A stretch of 50,311 nt of DNA from Thermoplasmatota archaeon (lineage in GTDB: Archaea; Thermoplasmatota; Penumbrarchaeia; Penumbrarchaeales; Penumbrarchaeaceae). The notes beneath the pieces were generated by a model. It saw nothing but the letters and a program-made list of their open reading frames with translations. It was not told the origin of the DNA and ran no database searches. The DNA is taken from the NCBI GenBank assembly GCA_029762535.1, contig JARVGK010000017.1, positions 1-50,311 of the forward strand. The letters are read 5' to 3'. Shown piece by piece: positions 47,196 to 50,311 of the stretch. Position 1 is the stretch's first letter. Each line of letters opens with the position of its first letter. A program made the position numbers and the translations under genes.

Positions 47196-48077
47196 TTGGC
47201 AATGTCAGTTTATTACAAATTCTGCATGCGCCTGCCTTTATTCAAGCGGTATGGCAAGAAGCTCTCGGATGACAATCCCGAGATGGAGATAACACTCGCG
47301 AAGGCTAACAAGAACATCCGCGGTGAGGTATATTACACGGTGATGTTGGTATCGACCTTCTTCGCCTTCATCGTCGGGCTGATACTAACGCTATTCCTCA
47401 ATCTGATCTTCCTCCCGTCGATGGGAGTGGGCCTGCCCATTCGAATGGTGATATACATCATACTCCCGATAATGGCCCCAACGATCACTTTCTTCATCTA
47501 CAACTTCCTTCCCAAGAACACAATACTCGAGCGCAGGAAGAGCATCGACCGGAACATCTCCTATGCCACCAATTACATGGCGGCCATGGCATCGGCCGAT
47601 GTCACACCTTCGGCCATATTCAGAGGCCTTGCGAAGCAGGCTATATACGGGGAGATCCAGAAGGAGTCCGAGAAGATAGCGAGGGACATAGACTTCTTCG
47701 GAAGGGACCTTGTCAAGGTCCTGCAGAAGGCCATCGCGAGGTCCCCCTCCGAGAAGTTCCAGGAGTTCCTGCAGGGCATAATAACGACCGCCAATTCGGG
47801 CGGTTCCCTGAAGATGTTCTTCATGTCCAAGTCCGAGCAGTTCATGAAGGAGAACAGGCTGCAGCAGGAGAAGGACCTCCAGACCCTTGGCGTCATGGCA
47901 GAGTCCTTCGTCACTGTGGTCGTGGCCGCTCCGCTGTTCCTTATAATCATGATGTCCACCATGGCGATGATGGGGCAGAAGGGCGGAGACACCCTTCTTA
48001 TGGCCACCATTTTCCTCATGATACCGGTGATGCAGTTGGTGTTCGCGGTTCTGATAGGCGATACGGGGGAGAAATGA
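47196..48077 (+). CDS. Type II secretion system F family platform protein (TadB/TadC/FlaJ-like)
   Basis: L.KAN, ER...ID......NYMAAMA, YGEI..E...I.RD...FG.D....L......SPS..F.EFL.G......SGG.L; SD GGAGGTG before TTG 47196 (alternative ATG 47202). Confidence 0.9.
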   Translation: MAMSVYYKFCMRLPLFKRYGKKLSDDNPEMEITLAKANKNIRGEVYYTVMLVSTFFAFIVGLILTLFLNLIFLPSMGVGLPIRMVIYIILPIMAPTITFFIYNFLPKNTILERRKSIDRNISYATNYMAAMASADVTPSAIFRGLAKQAIYGEIQKESEKIARDIDFFGRDLVKVLQKAIARSPSEKFQEFLQGIITTANSGGSLKMFFMSKSEQFMKENRLQQEKDLQTLGVMAESFVTVVVAAPLFLIIMMSTMAMMGQKGGDTLLMATIFLMIPVMQLVFAVLIGDTGEK

Positions 48078-49153
48078 TGGGCGAGGAGCAATCCAGGGCT
48101 AGGAAGAGGATCGTTCCCGATAAGAGGGCCCCCAAGCCCAAGGGCGAATACAGCGTCAGCTCCGATCCAGACGTCAGGACCAAGATCATCGTGATCTCGG
48201 CAGCGGTCCTGATCAGCAGCGTGTTCCTGGCCCTCTGCATCGTCAACCTGCCCCTCGTCGTGAAGGAGGAGTACGCGGACGAATACCCCTTCATGGGGGA
48301 CGATGAGAAGCGGCTCTCGATGAAGGAGGGCATCGTGAGCATGAACCTCTCCTTCAACACGACAGGATACTGGGTGAAAGACGATATCACTCTGGGTTGG
48401 CACACCTTCCTGCTGCTGTGGTTCATCACGCTTTGCGGCCCAATAGCGTTCTATTTCAACCGTAAGCGGAACAGGATAGAAAAGGTGGAGGAGCATCTGA
48501 GCGATTTTCTCAGGGACATCTCGGAATCGATGAGGGCGGGTCAGACCCTGCACGAGGCCATCAAGACCTCGGCGAGCGGCGAATACGGGGCTCTAACGCC
48601 CGAGATCGAGAAGATGGCGATGCAGGTCTCATGGGGGATCTCCTCCAGCAAGACTCTCGAGATGTTCGCCGAGAGGGTGAACACCCCTCTGGTCAAGAGA
48701 GCGGTCACCCTTATCAACGAGGCATCGTCGGCCGGCGGCAATGTATCGAACGTCATAGAAGCTGCGGCAAAGGACACCAGGGAGATCCAGGTCATGAAGA
48801 AGATCCGCAACCAGGAGATGTCGATGTACAAGTACGTGATCGCGATCTCGTTCATGGTGTTCCTTGTTGTGATAGCCATTATATTCTTCACGTTCATGCC
48901 CACGATGGAAAAGCAGGCGGAATCCTATCAGAACAAGGGTTCGGCATCCGCTCAGACCCCGGGCGGCTTCGACCCGTCCGGAGTGGACTTCGGAGTGATG
49001 AGGCTTCTTTTCCTAGGCGCGGCAGTGATCCAGGCCGTCGGTGACGGTATAGTGGGAGGAATAATGGCATCTGGCCGTTTCATGAACGGTTTGATGTTCT
49101 CGGTATGGTTCGCCCTGGTGACCCTTTTATCCTTCGATCTGCTGCTGTTCTAG
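48074..49153 (+). CDS. Type II secretion system F family platform protein (TadC-like)
   Basis: DFLRDISES.RAG.TL..AI......YGALT.EI.KM..Q.SWG.....L..FA.RV.T....R...LI.EA..AGG; ATGA overlap with the upstream gene. Confidence 0.92.
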   Translation: MMGEEQSRARKRIVPDKRAPKPKGEYSVSSDPDVRTKIIVISAAVLISSVFLALCIVNLPLVVKEEYADEYPFMGDDEKRLSMKEGIVSMNLSFNTTGYWVKDDITLGWHTFLLLWFITLCGPIAFYFNRKRNRIEKVEEHLSDFLRDISESMRAGQTLHEAIKTSASGEYGALTPEIEKMAMQVSWGISSSKTLEMFAERVNTPLVKRAVTLINEASSAGGNVSNVIEAAAKDTREIQVMKKIRNQEMSMYKYVIAISFMVFLVVIAIIFFTFMPTMEKQAESYQNKGSASAQTPGGFDPSGVDFGVMRLLFLGAAVIQAVGDGIVGGIMASGRFMNGLMFSVWFALVTLLSFDLLLF

Positions 49154-49221
49154 GAAGCTATTCGATAGGAACCTTTTTTAATTCCCAAGATGATTGGGAA
49201 GAATATGGGAGCGGATGTCTC

Positions 49222-49476
49222 ATGAAGGTAATGGCAAGATCATATGCATTTCCGGCGGCCATATTCGTTATGGGCGTCCTGATGATAATTGGAGCGAATC
49301 TCGAGATCACGGTGAGGAACTCCGGCTACCAGCTGATACTCGGTGGCGTGCTCATGTGCCTGGGTTTCCTCCTCTGGGCGATCCCCGAGCTTGACAGGTC
49401 CATAAAGCGGAGGGAGAGGCTTCGGCAGAGAAGGGAGGCGATGAGGTCCCCACGCACTCCTCCGTCGCGGAGGTGA
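49222..49476 (+). CDS. Small two-TM membrane protein with basic tail
   Basis: MKVMARSYAFPAAIFVMGVLMIIGA...LILGGVLMCLGFLLWAIPE followed by an Arg-rich tail; start inferred. Confidence 0.6.
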   Translation: MKVMARSYAFPAAIFVMGVLMIIGANLEITVRNSGYQLILGGVLMCLGFLLWAIPELDRSIKRRERLRQRREAMRSPRTPPSRR

Positions 49477-49480
49477 AAGG

Positions 49481-50311
49481 TTGCCAAAGGTCAAGAGGCC
49501 GGATCTCATAGGCTTCTACAGGAGCGCTCTCAGAAAGGCCTGGGAGGACGGCAGGATCACTCATGATGAGCGTTCGATACTTCTGGAGTTCCAGCCGTCC
49601 ATAGGCAGCGATCAGGTGGACAAGATCGAGGCCAGGGAATACTTCAGGAACAGGTGGAAGGAGTATTCCACCTCTCCGGACGCATACAAGTTGAAGATAC
49701 TCGAGTCCGCCCTCGAGTTCGATCCGGAGAACGATCATCTCTGGTCCCAGAAGGCCATTGTTCTCTTCAACATAGGGGATCTGGATTCGGCCCTCTCATC
49801 AGCGGACAAGGCGCTCGATCTTTGCTCCGGCTCGATGGAGGCGTGGTTCTGGAAGGGATCGATCCTCATAAGGCTCGGCCGATACGACGATGCCGTGGAC
49901 TGCTTCGAGGAGGTCCTGGAGATCGATCCGGACCACACCCTTGGATGGTTAATGCTCGGATGGTCCGAGAGATCAAGAGGCGCCCACGACAAGGCCAAGG
50001 CCTGCTACAGCAGGGTAATAGAGCTGTGTCCCAAACTCGCCCTGGGATATGTGGAGAGGGGCATATCCTTCATAAGGACCGGTGACCTCGAATCCGCCCA
50101 GATAGACCTCCTATCCGCCCTCGACATAGAGCCGGAGAACGAGAGGGCCAAGAATATATTGCGGTCCATGGGGGCGGACCTCCCTGAAGAGGCAGTAGAG
50201 GAAGAGGTCCCCGAGGAGGAGCCTGAAGAGGCCGAGGAGGAGCCTGAAGAAGCCGAGGAGGAGGTTCCCGAGGAGGAGCCTGAAGAGGCAGTAGAGGAGG
50301 AGGTCCCCGAG
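49481..50311 (+). CDS. TPR-repeat protein with N-terminal TerB-like helical motif and acidic repeat region, 3'-partial (absent from ORF track)
   Basis: SD GGAGGTGA, TTG 49481; translates MPKVKRPDLIGFYRSALRKAWEDGRITHDERSIL..., then TPR units (LWSQKAIVLFNIGDLDSAL...KAL.L; AWFWKGSILIRLGRYDDAVDCFEEVLEIDP; etc.); open to the window end. Confidence 0.88.
   Translation, partial: MPKVKRPDLIGFYRSALRKAWEDGRITHDERSILLEFQPSIGSDQVDKIEAREYFRNRWKEYSTSPDAYKLKILESALEFDPENDHLWSQKAIVLFNIGDLDSALSSADKALDLCSGSMEAWFWKGSILIRLGRYDDAVDCFEEVLEIDPDHTLGWLMLGWSERSRGAHDKAKACYSRVIELCPKLALGYVERGISFIRTGDLESAQIDLLSALDIEPENERAKNILRSMGADLPEEAVEEEVPEEEPEEAEEEPEEAEEEVPEEEPEEAVEEEVPE
50183..50311 (+). repeat. Imperfect coding tandem repeat (PEEA[V]EEE[VPEEE])n
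   Basis: Units starting CCTGAAGA(G/A)GC recur four times with variable length; runs off the window end. Confidence 0.85.

Noticed and set aside
47573-48553. 326-aa minus-strand ORF
   Set aside because: Antisense to the two platform genes.
50183-50311. CRISPR-like repeat
   Set aside because: No unique spacers; it is an in-frame Glu/Pro coding repeat.

Overview
Gene-dense archaeal chromosomal segment, most likely Thermoplasmatota/Thermoplasmata. This rests on PolD small subunit, AglB, the archaeal COG1395-type regulator, GGTG(A) Shine-Dalgarno sites and frequent ATA/AGG codons; the taxonomy is inferred. Housekeeping genes (hflX, DP1, argF, Lhr helicase, gamma-carbonic anhydrase-like, YitT, TadA/TadB/TadC-like pilus motor) are mixed with many large cell-surface proteins and a 2520-aa AglB. 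I saw no tRNA, rRNA, CRISPR array or mobile element. The most striking item is a compact minus-strand unit (2298-6130). It encodes two exported proteins sharing an N-terminal CXXCH + beta-sandwich module, one fused to a four-His ferric-reductase-like membrane domain, plus a 139-aa stand-alone WWD-domain heme-attachment protein. This is a candidate minimal surface cytochrome c / trans-membrane electron transfer system. Directly upstream, hflX has no canonical start codon (SD + ACG, preceded by an in-frame UGA-terminated leader ORF). The next gene, a double ribbon-helix-helix protein, probably starts at CTG and has a pair of palindromic operators 42 bp apart. All family assignments come from motifs read by eye; no database searches were run.
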